The notes beneath the pieces are model-generated. The model saw only the letters and a list, made by a program, of their open reading frames with translations. It was not told the DNA's origin and ran no database searches. DNA of 64,000 nt from Prochlorococcus sp. AG-363-O15 (GTDB taxonomy: Bacteria > Cyanobacteriota > Cyanobacteriia > PCC-6307 > Cyanobiaceae), in the NCBI GenBank assembly GCA_003278255.1, contig QCFZ01000003.1, positions 55,450 to 119,449 of the forward strand. The letters run 5' to 3'. Of the stretch, positions 28,290 through 38,615 are shown one piece after another; positions within the stretch are counted from its first letter, which is position 1; the number at the start of each line of letters is the position of its first letter. A program made the position numbers and the translations under genes.

Positions 28290-28874
28290 ATGGCTCGTAA
28301 TGCCGAAAAAGGCAAGAGTTCGATTGCTGTGTCAAAGGAGCCTCTTGAGACTCCTCCTTTAGAGATTCGAACTCTAGGGAACAAAGTTCTTCGACAACCT
28401 GCTCGTCGTATTAGCAAAGTAGATGAATCAATCCGAGATCTTGCACGAGACATGCTCAGAAGCATGTATACAGCCAAAGGGATTGGTTTGGCTGCTCCTC
28501 AAATTGGAATCCACAAACAACTCTTAGTCATTGATCTTGATCTAGAAAATGTCAGCACTCCACCATTGGTACTTATAAATCCAGAAATTATTAGTTCAAG
28601 TGCAAGTTTAGAAACCTATGAGGAAGGCTGCCTAAGTATCCCTGGTGTCTATTTAGATGTCGTGAGGCCTGCATCAATAAAAGTTGGTTTTAGAGATGAA
28701 ATGGGCCGACCTAAAAAAATGAATGCAGATGGACTAATAGCGAGATGTATCCAACATGAAATGGATCATCTCAACGGTGTGCTTTTTGTAGATCGAGTAA
28801 ACAATAAAGAAGATCTGGATCGAGAGTTAACTGAGCATGGTTTTGAAACCCACGACGTACAAGAAGTCTCATAG
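28290..28874 (+). CDS. def: Peptide deformylase
   Basis: The three signature motifs are present: GIGLAAPQIG, EGCLS and HEMDH. Confidence 0.95.
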   Translation: MARNAEKGKSSIAVSKEPLETPPLEIRTLGNKVLRQPARRISKVDESIRDLARDMLRSMYTAKGIGLAAPQIGIHKQLLVIDLDLENVSTPPLVLINPEIISSSASLETYEEGCLSIPGVYLDVVRPASIKVGFRDEMGRPKKMNADGLIARCIQHEMDHLNGVLFVDRVNNKEDLDRELTEHGFETHDVQEVS

Positions 28875-29050
28875 TCCTTTAACAGGGTTACCTTCGAATG
28901 ATTCAAAGGCCTCTCCTGAAGCCCAAAAATACTTGTATTGAAGCGAACTTATAAGAAATCTTGGTTTTTTCTGTCATGCGAGCCAAGGGCCAAAAGACCA
29001 ATGGAAAGCACTTCTTGCTAAATTCAGGAGCTTAGAAAATTTCTTTCTGC

Positions 29051-29221
29051 ATGACTCAGGTTACGGTTGGAGAAAATGAGGGAGTTGAATCCGCTCTTCG
29101 TCGCTTTAAAAGGCAAGTCTCAAAAGCTGGAATATTTGCTGATTTAAAACGACTTCGTCATCACGAGACCCCAATCGAGAAATACAAACGCAAAGCCCAA
29201 CAAAGACGAAGACGTCGTTAA
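29051..29221 (+). CDS. rpsU: 30S ribosomal protein S21
   Basis: Hand-translated 56-aa ORF below the track cutoff: [56 protein letters not shown]. Confidence 0.9.
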   Translation: MTQVTVGENEGVESALRRFKRQVSKAGIFADLKRLRHHETPIEKYKRKAQQRRRRR

Positions 29222-29266
29222 GTCAATTCTTTCATATAAGCTCCAAGCCTCTGAAAGTATTGCCTG

Positions 29267-29608
29267 ATGGCTAATCCAACAATTTTCAGTCGAATACTTG
29301 AAGGAGAAATTCCATGTGAGGAGGTCTATAAAGATGAATTCTGTCTAGCTTTCAGGGATATCCAACCACAAGCACCTGTACATATCCTCATTATCCCTAG
29401 AAAGCCTCTCGAAAGTCTTCAGGCTGCAAAAGAAGAAGACAAAGCTCTATTAGGCCATTTAATGCTTGTAGCAGCGAAGGTTGCTGAACAAGAAGGACTG
29501 CAAGATTGGAGAACAGTGATCAATAACGGAGAAAAAGCTGGGCAAACCGTTTTTCATTTACATGTTCATCTACTTGGAGGTAGAACAATGAAATGGCCTC
29601 CTGGATAA
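29267..29608 (+). CDS. HIT-family (HinT-like) nucleotide hydrolase
   Basis: Histidine triad HLHVHLLGG; 113 aa. Confidence 0.9.
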   Translation: MANPTIFSRILEGEIPCEEVYKDEFCLAFRDIQPQAPVHILIIPRKPLESLQAAKEEDKALLGHLMLVAAKVAEQEGLQDWRTVINNGEKAGQTVFHLHVHLLGGRTMKWPPG

Positions 29609-29713
29609 TAAATTTGGATAAAGAGATGAAAGGAAAAATTTTTCTCTTAGGTCAAAGGCTTGCTTAAAAAATTCTAAGAGGGATCCTTTATTAAAGAAGA
29701 AGGGTTGCACCAA

Positions 29714-30007
29714 ATGTCAGCTCGAAAGCAGTCCAAAAAAAAGCAATGGGTTACGAGTCATCCAGAACCCTGGTTTTCAACCAATGAACTTTTAGAGTAT
29801 TTGTGCATTTCCCATGAGGAACTAAATCAACAATTACAATTATTTTCTGAAGGTATTCATTTCAAACTTGAAAACCCTAATGACCCATCAAGCCAGACTC
29901 TCTGGCGAATTGACCTTGTGGATGAATTACTTTGTTTACCCGTACCCCCATTAGAAAAAGAAGCAATGTTCAATGCAATCAATAATCATATAACTTGCAA
30001 TGAATAA
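29714..30007 (+). CDS. Hypothetical protein (97 aa from the ATG at 29714)
   Basis: ORF only. The track start at 29705 is a TTG, with the first ATG three codons later. No family recognised. Confidence 0.4.
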   Translation: MSARKQSKKKQWVTSHPEPWFSTNELLEYLCISHEELNQQLQLFSEGIHFKLENPNDPSSQTLWRIDLVDELLCLPVPPLEKEAMFNAINNHITCNE

Positions 30008-30264
30008 AATAACATAATCAACGCAAATAGGTTATTACTAATTGCTTTAATTTCAATAAGCTTAGGGTATGATTGATTTTATCTTTTCACCTTAAAGTTA
30101 AGGATTGATTAATATATGAAGATTAAAAATATGGAAGATAGATTTGAATTATAACAAAGGCAGCAGGACAGAAAATAAGCTCGTGCAGTTTTCACACTGG
30201 CTTGGATCAGAAAGCGATAGGTCAAGTCGCTGCGCTATAAATACAAACCTATTTTAAAAAAACA

Positions 30265-30546
30265 ATGCAATCACAAGGTGGAATCAATGAACGTCTCTTT
30301 CATCACCGACTTACGGTTTTAGCCAAGAGACAATGGGAGCAACTCAACCCTAATCAAAAGTCAATGGCTATGCGATGGTGGAAGATACTGACTTATAAAT
30401 GGCAATGGCAAATAGCATTAAATGCTTCTTTTATTCTTCTTTGGGTTTTAGACCGAAGCATTCCATCAGTTCATGCGTTTGACGTGACAGTCATACACTC
30501 ACTTCCAATCCCTGCCTGGACAAAGGAATGGATGGGCTTCAACTAA
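30265..30546 (+). CDS. Hypothetical Trp-rich protein with one TM segment
   Basis: ORF only, with one hydrophobic segment (IALNASFILLWVL). No family recognised. Confidence 0.35.
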   Translation: MQSQGGINERLFHHRLTVLAKRQWEQLNPNQKSMAMRWWKILTYKWQWQIALNASFILLWVLDRSIPSVHAFDVTVIHSLPIPAWTKEWMGFN

Positions 30547-30721
30547 TTGGCTGCAAAGCTTGATTACTATCTATATAGTTCACAAAAAAAATACTTTGTT
30601 CCATCAAAAGGTATAGATTGTGGCTATATAGCAATTCCAAGCCATTTTCTAAATATCATTCAATGAATTCTTTCTTTTCGAAAGGAATTTTTTTCCTGGC
30701 TCATCGAGAGTTGTCTGAAAT

Positions 30722-32716
30722 ATGACTAACAAAAACTCCAATGTTCCCTATATGAGGGGAATATCCAAACAGCTAGGAAAAATTAGGCGCCTAGCTCAGC
30801 CATTTTTTTTACCGCTTGACCAAGCAACAGGATGGCAATTCATATGGTTATTGATCTGTTTGCTTTTTTGTGTAGGTGGTCTCGTACTTTTCTCAGTAAC
30901 AGGTCTTGTAGAGATTCTATCGAAATTACAGCCAACTCTTCTTGAAAAATATTTCGGAGGTGTTTCCAGCACAATTCAAATAATTTGGTCCTCTTGGTGG
31001 GGTTGGCTTTTCTCATCGCTTTTCTTTACTGGATCTATAAGTTTCTTCAGTATGCGACAGCAACTGAAGAGTAAAAGGTGGATACATTGGTTACTACTCG
31101 GTGTAATAGTTTTAATGCTTTTAGCGGTTAATGGAATAAATGCAGGAATAGGTTTTATAGCAAGGGATCTAACTAACTCACTTGTAGCCAAAGAAGAAGA
31201 AGGATTTTATAGAATTCTAATTATTTATGCTTGTTGTTTTATAGTTGCACTTCCAATTAGGGTATCACAAATATTTTTCACTTTAAAACTAGGCATTATT
31301 TGGAGAGAATGGTTATCGAAAAGCTTGATTGGAGATTATATGAAAAATAAAGCTTATTATATTTTAAATCCTAATGATGAAGAGGCGACAGATGTAGACA
31401 ATCCTGATCAAAGAATTAGTGACGATACAAGAGCATTTACAGGGCAAAGTCTGCAATTCACACTTGGCATCTTTGATGCTATTTTAACATTTTCTCTAAA
31501 TATCTTAATTTTATGGAGTATTAGCACAACGCTGACCTTTTCTCTATTTGCATATGCTGCATTTGCAACAAGCATACTGATTATCTCAGGGAAAAATCTA
31601 GTCAGAATAGATTTTGATCAGTTACGTTATGAAGCTGATTTTAGATATGGATTAGTACATGTAAGAGACAATGCTGAATCGATAGCATTTTATTCCGGCG
31701 AAGAGCCAGAAATGATAGAGACCCAAAGAAGGTTAGGAGAAGTAGTAAGGAACTTTAATTTATTAATTATTTGGCGAGTACTTATAGATGTGATGCGTCG
31801 ATCAATTGGATATGCAGGCAATTTTTTTCCATATCTTGTCATGGCTGTACCATACTTTGCTGGTGAAATTGACTATGGTGGATTCATTCAAGCAAACTTT
31901 GCTTTTGGAATGGTAGAAGGGTCACTATTTTTTGTAGTTAATCAAATTGAGGAGCTAGCGAAGTTCACCGCTGGAATTGGAAGACTTGAAGGTTTCCAAT
32001 CAAAAATTGAACAAGTAAGTAAACAAGCAGATATTTCAACCCCAAGTCTTATTCATTCTACTAATTCAATCTTAATTCGTAATGCTGATTTATATCCGCC
32101 AGGTAGCACTCAACCAATAATCCTTAATCTGAATATTAGTATCCAACAAACAGATAGGTTACTGGTTGTTGGACCATCTGGATGTGGGAAAACTTCTTTA
32201 CTTCGGATGATTAGTGGTCTATGGAAACCTATTAATGGAGACATTAAAAGGCCTGAAACTGGTGATTTATTGTTTATTCCACAAAAACCATATATGCTTC
32301 TTGGCTCATTAAGAGAACAACTCTGCTATCCAACTGAAGAGAATAGATTTGGCGATGACCAATTAAGATCTGTCCTTGAAGAAGTTAATCTGAAATCTCT
32401 AGTAGATCGATATCCAAATCTAGATATCAAGCAAGATTGGCCCAGAATACTCTCTTTAGGTGAACAACAAAGATTGGCTTTTGGCCGTCTGCTTTTAAAC
32501 TCTCCTAGGTTTGCAGTGCTAGATGAGGCAACCAGTGCTTTAGATGTCAAAACAGAAAGACATCTCTACGACCTACTTAAAAAGCGAGATTTATCTGTAA
32601 TAAGTGTTGGCCACAGGCCAACTCTTATAGAATTCCATTCAAATGTGCTGGAACTATCAGGAAACGGCAATTGGCGTCTCCTACCAACAACCAGTTACAA
32701 CTTTGATAGATCCTGA
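30722..32716 (+). CDS. Fused permease-ATPase ABC transporter of the ABCD/SbmA-BacA-like type
   Basis: An N-terminal ~400-aa polytopic domain is followed by a C-terminal NBD with Walker A GPSGCGKTS, signature LSLGEQQR and Walker B VLDEATSALD. Confidence 0.85.
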   Translation: MTNKNSNVPYMRGISKQLGKIRRLAQPFFLPLDQATGWQFIWLLICLLFCVGGLVLFSVTGLVEILSKLQPTLLEKYFGGVSSTIQIIWSSWWGWLFSSLFFTGSISFFSMRQQLKSKRWIHWLLLGVIVLMLLAVNGINAGIGFIARDLTNSLVAKEEEGFYRILIIYACCFIVALPIRVSQIFFTLKLGIIWREWLSKSLIGDYMKNKAYYILNPNDEEATDVDNPDQRISDDTRAFTGQSLQFTLGIFDAILTFSLNILILWSISTTLTFSLFAYAAFATSILIISGKNLVRIDFDQLRYEADFRYGLVHVRDNAESIAFYSGEEPEMIETQRRLGEVVRNFNLLIIWRVLIDVMRRSIGYAGNFFPYLVMAVPYFAGEIDYGGFIQANFAFGMVEGSLFFVVNQIEELAKFTAGIGRLEGFQSKIEQVSKQADISTPSLIHSTNSILIRNADLYPPGSTQPIILNLNISIQQTDRLLVVGPSGCGKTSLLRMISGLWKPINGDIKRPETGDLLFIPQKPYMLLGSLREQLCYPTEENRFGDDQLRSVLEEVNLKSLVDRYPNLDIKQDWPRILSLGEQQRLAFGRLLLNSPRFAVLDEATSALDVKTERHLYDLLKKRDLSVISVGHRPTLIEFHSNVLELSGNGNWRLLPTTSYNFDRS

Positions 32717-32725
32717 GTAGATTCA

Positions 32726-32983
32726 ATGACCTCTAACAATCAAGAAAACCTTCCTACAGAAGAGAATGCGATTGGTGCTGAATCATCAGACATCACAAAT
32801 GAGCAAGAAAAAGAAGCAATATCGAAAACTAGTGCGACTACTTCTGAATTGCCTTCATTTGGATGGAGTTCCTACGCAGAAAGAGTGAATGGACGCTTTG
32901 CAATGCTCGGATTGGCAGCAGTACTGCTCATAGAAGCATTGAGTCGAGATGCATTTCTGCACTGGGCAGGATTAGTTCCTTAA
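32726..32983 (+). CDS. hli: High-light-inducible protein (HLIP, CAB/ELIP/HLIP superfamily)
   Basis: The chlorophyll-binding helix motif ERVNGRFAMLGLAAVLLIEAL (E..NGR.AM.G) lies near the C-terminus. Confidence 0.85.
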   Translation: MTSNNQENLPTEENAIGAESSDITNEQEKEAISKTSATTSELPSFGWSSYAERVNGRFAMLGLAAVLLIEALSRDAFLHWAGLVP

Positions 32984-33012
32984 AAATTGTTCTTACTTCA
33001 AATTCTCTATCT

Positions 33013-33504
33013 TTATAAGCGAATTAAATCAACATCCCACCTTCCTTTACGACTAACTTGAACAGCTAATAATTTACCAGATCCATCAAGACTAACTCTT
33101 CTAGGTATTCCTTTAGGTGTAATTTCTATACGTCTAATAGTGCCCAAATTTCTTCTATAGACTAACAATTCAGTTTTGTCTTCGCGCTGTCTGATAAAAG
33201 CAATGATTTCACCATTGGCACTTACACTTACACTTATAGGTTGTGCATCTGAACGATTTATTCCTGGCAAAAAAACAATCCTTCTACTCCTCAGATCAAT
33301 TAATTCAATCCTTTCTTTGCCTTTATTGTTAACCAAAGCTGCCAACCAGCGCTTCCCAAGATTAGGTTCACGAAGACTTTCATTAGACTGCGACAAAATA
33401 TTATTAAACTTATAAATAGGTTTTAACTCTATTCTGCTGCAACCAATTAACAATAAAGATATAATCGGCAAAAGTCGACTGTTCAAAAAATATCTCAATA
33501 TCAT
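33013..33504 (-). CDS. Putative lipoprotein with TolB/PD40-like beta-propeller repeats (paralog A)
   Basis: Lipobox-like LLIGCS. It aligns by eye with the upstream paralog (..SLSWNGRYLAV.. vs ..SVSANGEIIAF.. ; ..SHKGKWKIEIFDI vs ..SRKGRWDVDLIRL). Confidence 0.55.
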   Translation of the reverse strand: MILRYFLNSRLLPIISLLLIGCSRIELKPIYKFNNILSQSNESLREPNLGKRWLAALVNNKGKERIELIDLRSRRIVFLPGINRSDAQPISVSVSANGEIIAFIRQREDKTELLVYRRNLGTIRRIEITPKGIPRRVSLDGSGKLLAVQVSRKGRWDVDLIRL

Positions 33505-34049
33505 CTATTTAATTCTTGCACTGGAGTTGAAACACGCATCCCGCTAGGAAGATCAGGTTCAATATTTTTACTTATATCAAAGATCTCTATCTTCCACTTA
33601 CCCTTATGTGAAAACTGCATGGCTAATTGACTTGCATCAGACGCCAAACTTAATCTAATTGGAACTCTTTCTCCAGGAATTGGCAACTGAAAAGTCCTGC
33701 CTGTTAAACGATCTTTGATAATCGCTTGTCGTCTATTGAATCTCTGAGTAATAACTGCAAGATAACGGCCATTCCAACTTAAAGATGGCGAACTATGAGG
33801 TTGATTCCTAGAGAGTGATCGCAAAGGTAATATCTTTCCACTCCTCAGATTCCTTAACTGAACAGTTGGTCTTCCATTCTGATCAACAATCAATGCAAGG
33901 AACTGACCACTGCCACTTAAAGCTGGCTCTTGTTTGCTAAGGGTCAATAATGGACTTGATAGACGCTCAACTCTTGATCCACAACTTGTAAGAAATACTA
34001 GAGATATTAAAAAGATCAAATAATTTATGTTTTTATTCAAAATTTTCAA
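33501..34049 (-). CDS. Putative lipoprotein with TolB/PD40-like beta-propeller repeats (paralog B)
   Basis: Signal plus lipobox (FLTSCGS). It has 4-nt overlaps with both neighbours, which suggests translational coupling. Confidence 0.55.
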   Translation of the reverse strand: MKILNKNINYLIFLISLVFLTSCGSRVERLSSPLLTLSKQEPALSGSGQFLALIVDQNGRPTVQLRNLRSGKILPLRSLSRNQPHSSPSLSWNGRYLAVITQRFNRRQAIIKDRLTGRTFQLPIPGERVPIRLSLASDASQLAMQFSHKGKWKIEIFDISKNIEPDLPSGMRVSTPVQELNR

Positions 34050-34996
34050 TCATCAAAACGGGAACTGTTATCTCGAGGTCTTGTACTGCGATTTGATGAC
34101 TTCTTATTCCTCTCATCAGAGGAATAAGAAGTATTGCTTTGAGTAGCTGATCTTCTAGCTTTTCCTTGAGATCGCATAGGTCGAGATTTTACTGGAGAAT
34201 AAGCTGCATCTTCTGCTTCAGGGCGAATAGGTTTGCCTTGAGGGATCCCTGGTCTATTAACAGAAGAAGAAAATCCAGATCTCTCTGATGAATTGGATTC
34301 ATTCTCAAAGTTCCTTCTCTTGTTATCTAGTTGTTGATTGGCTGAAGGCCGAGTTCCGCGTCGTTGTTCTCTTCGTGAGTTTCTTCTGATACCAAAATCT
34401 TCACCAAAATCATCTCCTTCAGATCTACTGAATCTAGCCATTCTTCTGGTCTTCTCAGAATCAGTCTTCCATGAGGATTCTTCTGGCCTATTACGGCTAG
34501 TTCTACTAGCTGCTTGTTCAGGTATAGCAGCTCTTAAAGAACGTCTAGGCCTATAACTTTCTTCCTCAGAATCCTCATCAGCAGTGCCCCTACCAGAAAA
34601 GCGTCTTCTTAAAGGAGGGGAATCTTCAAATTGATCATAAGAATCATCCCAGCCACCACGAACCCCTCCTCCCGGAACACGCGCAGGAGTTGGTTCTTCA
34701 TCAAAATATGAAGAGCGGCGTGCCTGATCTGTTGTAACACCGCGCAAACGTACGCTTTCGTAAGCGAAAAATACAGTCGATCCTGCGAGTAAAAATTGAC
34801 CAAATTGCAAAATCGGATCTAGTCGCCAACCCTGAAAGAAAAGAATCCCTCCACAGAGAAGTCCTATCGCAGCAAAGAAAACGTCGTAATCGCGAGCAAG
34901 GGCTGGTTTAAAAGACCGCATGAAATACAGTCCCGCACCGCCAACGGCCAGGACAATTCCCACAATGCTTGCCCAATTGAGACTGGCATTGACCAA
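34046..34996 (-). CDS. ycf66: Ycf66-like membrane protein with a long Arg/Ser/Asp/Glu-rich disordered tail
   Basis: The first ~85 aa form a Ycf66-type N-terminal domain of about three hydrophobic helices (IVGIVLAVGGAGLYFMR..FFAAIGLLCGGILFFQGWRLDP..). The remaining ~230 aa are low-complexity. Confidence 0.6.
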   Translation of the reverse strand: MVNASLNWASIVGIVLAVGGAGLYFMRSFKPALARDYDVFFAAIGLLCGGILFFQGWRLDPILQFGQFLLAGSTVFFAYESVRLRGVTTDQARRSSYFDEEPTPARVPGGGVRGGWDDSYDQFEDSPPLRRRFSGRGTADEDSEEESYRPRRSLRAAIPEQAASRTSRNRPEESSWKTDSEKTRRMARFSRSEGDDFGEDFGIRRNSRREQRRGTRPSANQQLDNKRRNFENESNSSERSGFSSSVNRPGIPQGKPIRPEAEDAAYSPVKSRPMRSQGKARRSATQSNTSYSSDERNKKSSNRSTRPRDNSSRFDD

Positions 34997-35076
34997 AGTT
35001 GCGCCCTCACTAAAGACCTAAAAGAGACTGAAAATCAGCCTTAACGATCTAAGTCTACGAAGTTCGCCAAACTTTC

Positions 35077-35253
35077 CTAGCGCCCGCGAGATAGTTGATC
35101 TTTCTGACTGACCCAAATAAGAAATGAGGCTGCTGGAACAACTATGACGAGTGCAGCTGTAATAAAGCTGCCAACCATAGCCTCACCGGAAAGTCTCGCG
35201 ACTTCCCTAGAAACTCCAGAACTGAGGAAAAGACTTAAAGAAGAGAAGGCCAT
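35077..35253 (-). CDS. psbX: Photosystem II reaction centre protein X
   Basis: Hand-translated 58-aa ORF below the track cutoff: [58 protein letters not shown]. It has the PsbX TM helix and the VSQ.D...R C-terminus. Confidence 0.8.
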   Translation of the reverse strand: MAFSSLSLFLSSGVSREVARLSGEAMVGSFITAALVIVVPAASFLIWVSQKDQLSRGR

Positions 35254-35341
35254 AGCGGCAGCTTAAAAGGCAAAACCAACACAATCCTACGGATGAAGAT
35301 GGATTTTCTACGATATAAGAGTTAATGCTTTGAGCTTTGTG

Positions 35342-35659
35342 ATGCCACTGATAGTTCAAACCTTGCCAACAATCAATTTATTACTGGGTTTTCTGCTGGC
35401 TGCATTGACGCTCGCCTTTTTAATGAGAATCGTACTTACCTGGTATCCAGAGGTAAATGTGAAGGCAGGGTTTTGGCCTTTTTTGATCGTCCCAACAGAA
35501 CCATTCTTAAAATTCACCAGGCGATTTGTTGCCCCAATTGGTGGGGTAGATGTAACCCCAGTGATTTGGGTTGGACTAATTAGCCTTTCTCGAGAGTTAT
35601 TGGTCGGTCAACAAGGTTTGATTTCTATGATCTTGCTAAAGACCAATGAAATTAGCTGA
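35342..35659 (+). CDS. YggT-family membrane protein (Ycf19-like)
   Basis: YGGT motifs are present (RIVLTWYP ... PIGG.D.TP). I prefer the ATG at 35342 to the TTG at 35330. Confidence 0.75.
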   Translation: MPLIVQTLPTINLLLGFLLAALTLAFLMRIVLTWYPEVNVKAGFWPFLIVPTEPFLKFTRRFVAPIGGVDVTPVIWVGLISLSRELLVGQQGLISMILLKTNEIS

Positions 35660-35687
35660 AATTGCTACTGCAAATTGACTGCAACTC

Positions 35688-37034
35688 CTAGCTAAGCATC
35701 TCTTGCTCAACAAATTTTGTATGAACGTCCCCTCTAAGGAACTCATCGCGATTTAATAAAAGCAAATGAAAATCAATAGTTGTAGGAATTCCAGTAACAG
35801 CGCACTCATTTAAAGCACGCTTCATTCTTTTGAGCGCTGATTCACGATCATGACCCCAGACAATTACCTTCCCTATAAGTGAATCGTAGAAGGGGGGAAT
35901 GTCATAACCGGTGTAGACATGGCTATCTACCCTCACACCTGGGCCTCCAGGAGGAAGCCATCCTGTAATTCTTCCTGGAGCAGGTCGGAAGTTATGAGTG
36001 GAATCCTCAGCATTAATTCGACATTCAATTGCATGCCCTCTCAAATGAACATCCTCTTGATCAATACTGATTGGATCGCCACCAGCAATGCGAAGTTGTT
36101 CAGCAATTAAATCAATGCCAGTAACCATCTCAGTTACAGGATGTTCAACCTGAATACGTGTATTCATTTCCATGAAATAAAAATCACCCCGACGATCTAG
36201 TAAAAATTCAACTGTTCCAGCTCCCTCATATTTAATACTCTTTGCAGCTGCAATAGCAGCTTCTCCCATACGTACTCTCAATTCAGCATTCAAGGCTGGA
36301 CTAGGCGACTCCTCTAATAATTTCTGATGACGGCGTTGAATAGAGCAATCCCTTTCACCTAAATGAACAACTTTGCCAAACCTGTCAGCAAGAATCTGAA
36401 CCTCTACATGGCGAGGACGATCTATAAATTTCTCCATATAAAGTCCTGCATTGCCAAAGGCAGCCTCTGCTTCTCCCTGTGCCGCTTTAAAAAGATTCCG
36501 AATTTGATCTGGATGATTTACCAAACGCATCCCTCGTCCACCACCACCTGCAGTGGCCTTAATCATTACCGGATAGCCCATGTCGCTGGCTAATTCAGCA
36601 GCTTGTTCAGCACTACTTAACAAACCATCACTACCAGGAACAGTTGGAACACCAACTTTTTGCATAGTTGCTTTTGCTGTGGATTTATCTCCCATAGACC
36701 TAATTGCATTGGGAGATGGACCAATAAAAATCAAGCCATGATCTCGACACATTTCAGCGAACCGATCATTCTCAGCCAAAAATCCATATCCCGGATGGAT
36801 AGCATCTACAGCTCGTGAAGTAGCAGCAGCAAGGATGTTGGGAACGTTCAAATAGCTTTTATTACTAGGAGCATCACCTACACATACAGCTTCATCTGCA
36901 AGCTGCACATGAAGTGCATTCCGATCAACAGTGCTATACACAGCAACAGTAGCTATGCCCAACTCTCTGCAACTACGCAGAATGCGGAGAGCAATTTCAC
37001 CGCGATTAGCAACTAGGACTTTGCCTATAGGCAT
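35688..37034 (-). CDS. accC: Acetyl-CoA carboxylase, biotin carboxylase subunit
   Basis: [12 protein letters not shown]-terminus, ATP-grasp GGGGRGMR and [14 protein letters not shown]. Confidence 0.95.
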   Translation of the reverse strand: MPIGKVLVANRGEIALRILRSCRELGIATVAVYSTVDRNALHVQLADEAVCVGDAPSNKSYLNVPNILAAATSRAVDAIHPGYGFLAENDRFAEMCRDHGLIFIGPSPNAIRSMGDKSTAKATMQKVGVPTVPGSDGLLSSAEQAAELASDMGYPVMIKATAGGGGRGMRLVNHPDQIRNLFKAAQGEAEAAFGNAGLYMEKFIDRPRHVEVQILADRFGKVVHLGERDCSIQRRHQKLLEESPSPALNAELRVRMGEAAIAAAKSIKYEGAGTVEFLLDRRGDFYFMEMNTRIQVEHPVTEMVTGIDLIAEQLRIAGGDPISIDQEDVHLRGHAIECRINAEDSTHNFRPAPGRITGWLPPGGPGVRVDSHVYTGYDIPPFYDSLIGKVIVWGHDRESALKRMKRALNECAVTGIPTTIDFHLLLLNRDEFLRGDVHTKFVEQEMLS

Positions 37035-37157
37035 CCAAAATTGTTCCTTCTAGAGGCGGATCGTATCAGCGATCATTACCAACCTTAATTTAGGAATGCA
37101 TTAGAGGTAGACCGTTATGATCTCAATCGACTCAGTCCGAAAGAGTCTGTTTGCCGC

Positions 37158-37239
37158 GCGGATGTGGTGGAATTGGTAGACACGCACGTCTAAGGAGCGT
37201 GTGGCTTCGGCCTTGCGAGTTCAAGTCTCGCCATCCGCA
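37158..37239 (+). tRNA. tRNA-Leu (class II, long variable arm); the anticodon loop reads CT-AAG-GA, so the anticodon is AAG
   Basis: Hand-folded cloverleaf. Acceptor GCGGATG/CATCCGC with discriminator A. D arm GTGGAATTGGTAGACAC. Anticodon stem CACGT/GCGTG with loop CTAAGGA. Variable arm GGC-TTCG-GCC. T arm GCGAG-TTCAAGT-CTCGC. CCA is not encoded. Confidence 0.85.
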
Positions 37240-37254
37240 TGATTTCCATAGAAC

Positions 37255-38556
37255 TTGACTAAACCACCTTCTGATATAAAAAGTCAGTCTTCATTTGCGG
37301 TGGTAGTGATATCAAATGGTCCAGGGGAACTAACTACTTGGGTCAAGCCCCTTGCAGAAAACTTACATAGCAAATTAAACATGCTGCCAAGAGTCAGCAA
37401 TGCCAATATCACGTTTCGACTGGTATTAGTTCCATGTCCAAATGCAACAGGTCAAGAAACTGAAGTAGCAAGAAGATGGGGACAATTCGAATTAATAACA
37501 GCAGCTCGCTCCTTCTGGAACCTTTTAGTTTTTCCAAATCAATTTGCTTCATGGCCAACCAAAGGTTTGGTTGTCTTCCTAGGAGGTGACCAATTCTGGA
37601 GTGTGTTACTTGCAGCAAGGCTTGGTTATCGTCATATGACTTATGGAGAATGGATAGTTAGATGGCCGCAATGGAATGACCGAATTGCAGCAATGTCCTC
37701 AAATGTAAAGAATCGATTGCCCCAAAAATTTAAACAAAGATGCAGAGTTGTAGGAGATTTGATGGCAGATCTTCCAACCATTGCAAAAAAAGAAGAGCCT
37801 TTGCCCAAAGGTTCTTGGATTGCACTTTTACCAGGTTCTAAAAAAATAAAATTATCTATAGGTGTTCCTTTTATGCTTGAAGTAGCAGACCACCTCAAAA
37901 AATTGAGACCTGAATCAAATTTTCTTTTACCAATAGCTCCAACAACAAACTTAAATGAAATTCAACAATTCGTTAGCAGTCAAAATCCTATTGCCAAACA
38001 ATATAAATCAAATATCGCCAACATTATTCCTCCAGAAGGAGAATATAAATTTCTACGATTAATCACTGATCAAGGAACAGAAATACATTTATATGAAGAT
38101 CATCCTGCACACATCGCTCTGAGTCAATGTGAACTGGCTCTAACAACAGTAGGAGCTAATACAGCAGAATTAGGTGCTCTTGGTGTACCGATGATTGTAA
38201 TTGTGCCAACCCAACATTTGAATATAATGCAAGCCTGGGATGGTTTTCTTGGAATAATAGCTAGAGTTCCAATTATTAAAAATTTTCTGAGTATATTAAT
38301 AAGTCTATGGCGGCTAAGAAAAAAGAATTTCCTAGCTTGGCCAAATATATCTGCTGGTCGAGTAGTTGTTCCCGAAAGAATTGGCAAAATTTTTCCTATT
38401 GAAATTGCCCAAGAAGCTGACGATTGGCTGAGCTCCCCTTCAAGACTTCTAGGTCAACAAGAAGATTTAAGAAGTCTTAGAGGTAAGCCTGGCGCAATAG
38501 GGGCTTTAACTGAAGAGATCATCAAGTTTTTGCCATATAATTTATCTAAAAAATAG
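37255..38556 (+). CDS. Lipid-A-disaccharide-synthase-related (LpxB-like) glycosyltransferase-fold protein
   Basis: The N-terminal VVISNGPGELTTWVKP and overall GT-B-like layout resemble the cyanobacterial LpxB-related family. Recognised from memory only. TTG start 16 nt after the tRNA. Confidence 0.5.
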   Translation: MTKPPSDIKSQSSFAVVVISNGPGELTTWVKPLAENLHSKLNMLPRVSNANITFRLVLVPCPNATGQETEVARRWGQFELITAARSFWNLLVFPNQFASWPTKGLVVFLGGDQFWSVLLAARLGYRHMTYGEWIVRWPQWNDRIAAMSSNVKNRLPQKFKQRCRVVGDLMADLPTIAKKEEPLPKGSWIALLPGSKKIKLSIGVPFMLEVADHLKKLRPESNFLLPIAPTTNLNEIQQFVSSQNPIAKQYKSNIANIIPPEGEYKFLRLITDQGTEIHLYEDHPAHIALSQCELALTTVGANTAELGALGVPMIVIVPTQHLNIMQAWDGFLGIIARVPIIKNFLSILISLWRLRKKNFLAWPNISAGRVVVPERIGKIFPIEIAQEADDWLSSPSRLLGQQEDLRSLRGKPGAIGALTEEIIKFLPYNLSKK

Positions 38557-38615
38557 ATTTACTTGATGTTAAAAAGACTTTATAATTTACGAAGCCAAGT
38601 AAAAACTTGATCAAA

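Noticed and set aside
34338-34803. Track ORFs 34338..34556(+) and 34609..34803(-) within the ycf66-like gene
   Set aside because: They are alternative-frame products of the low-complexity tail region. The long in-frame ORF with the Ycf66 N-domain explains the region.
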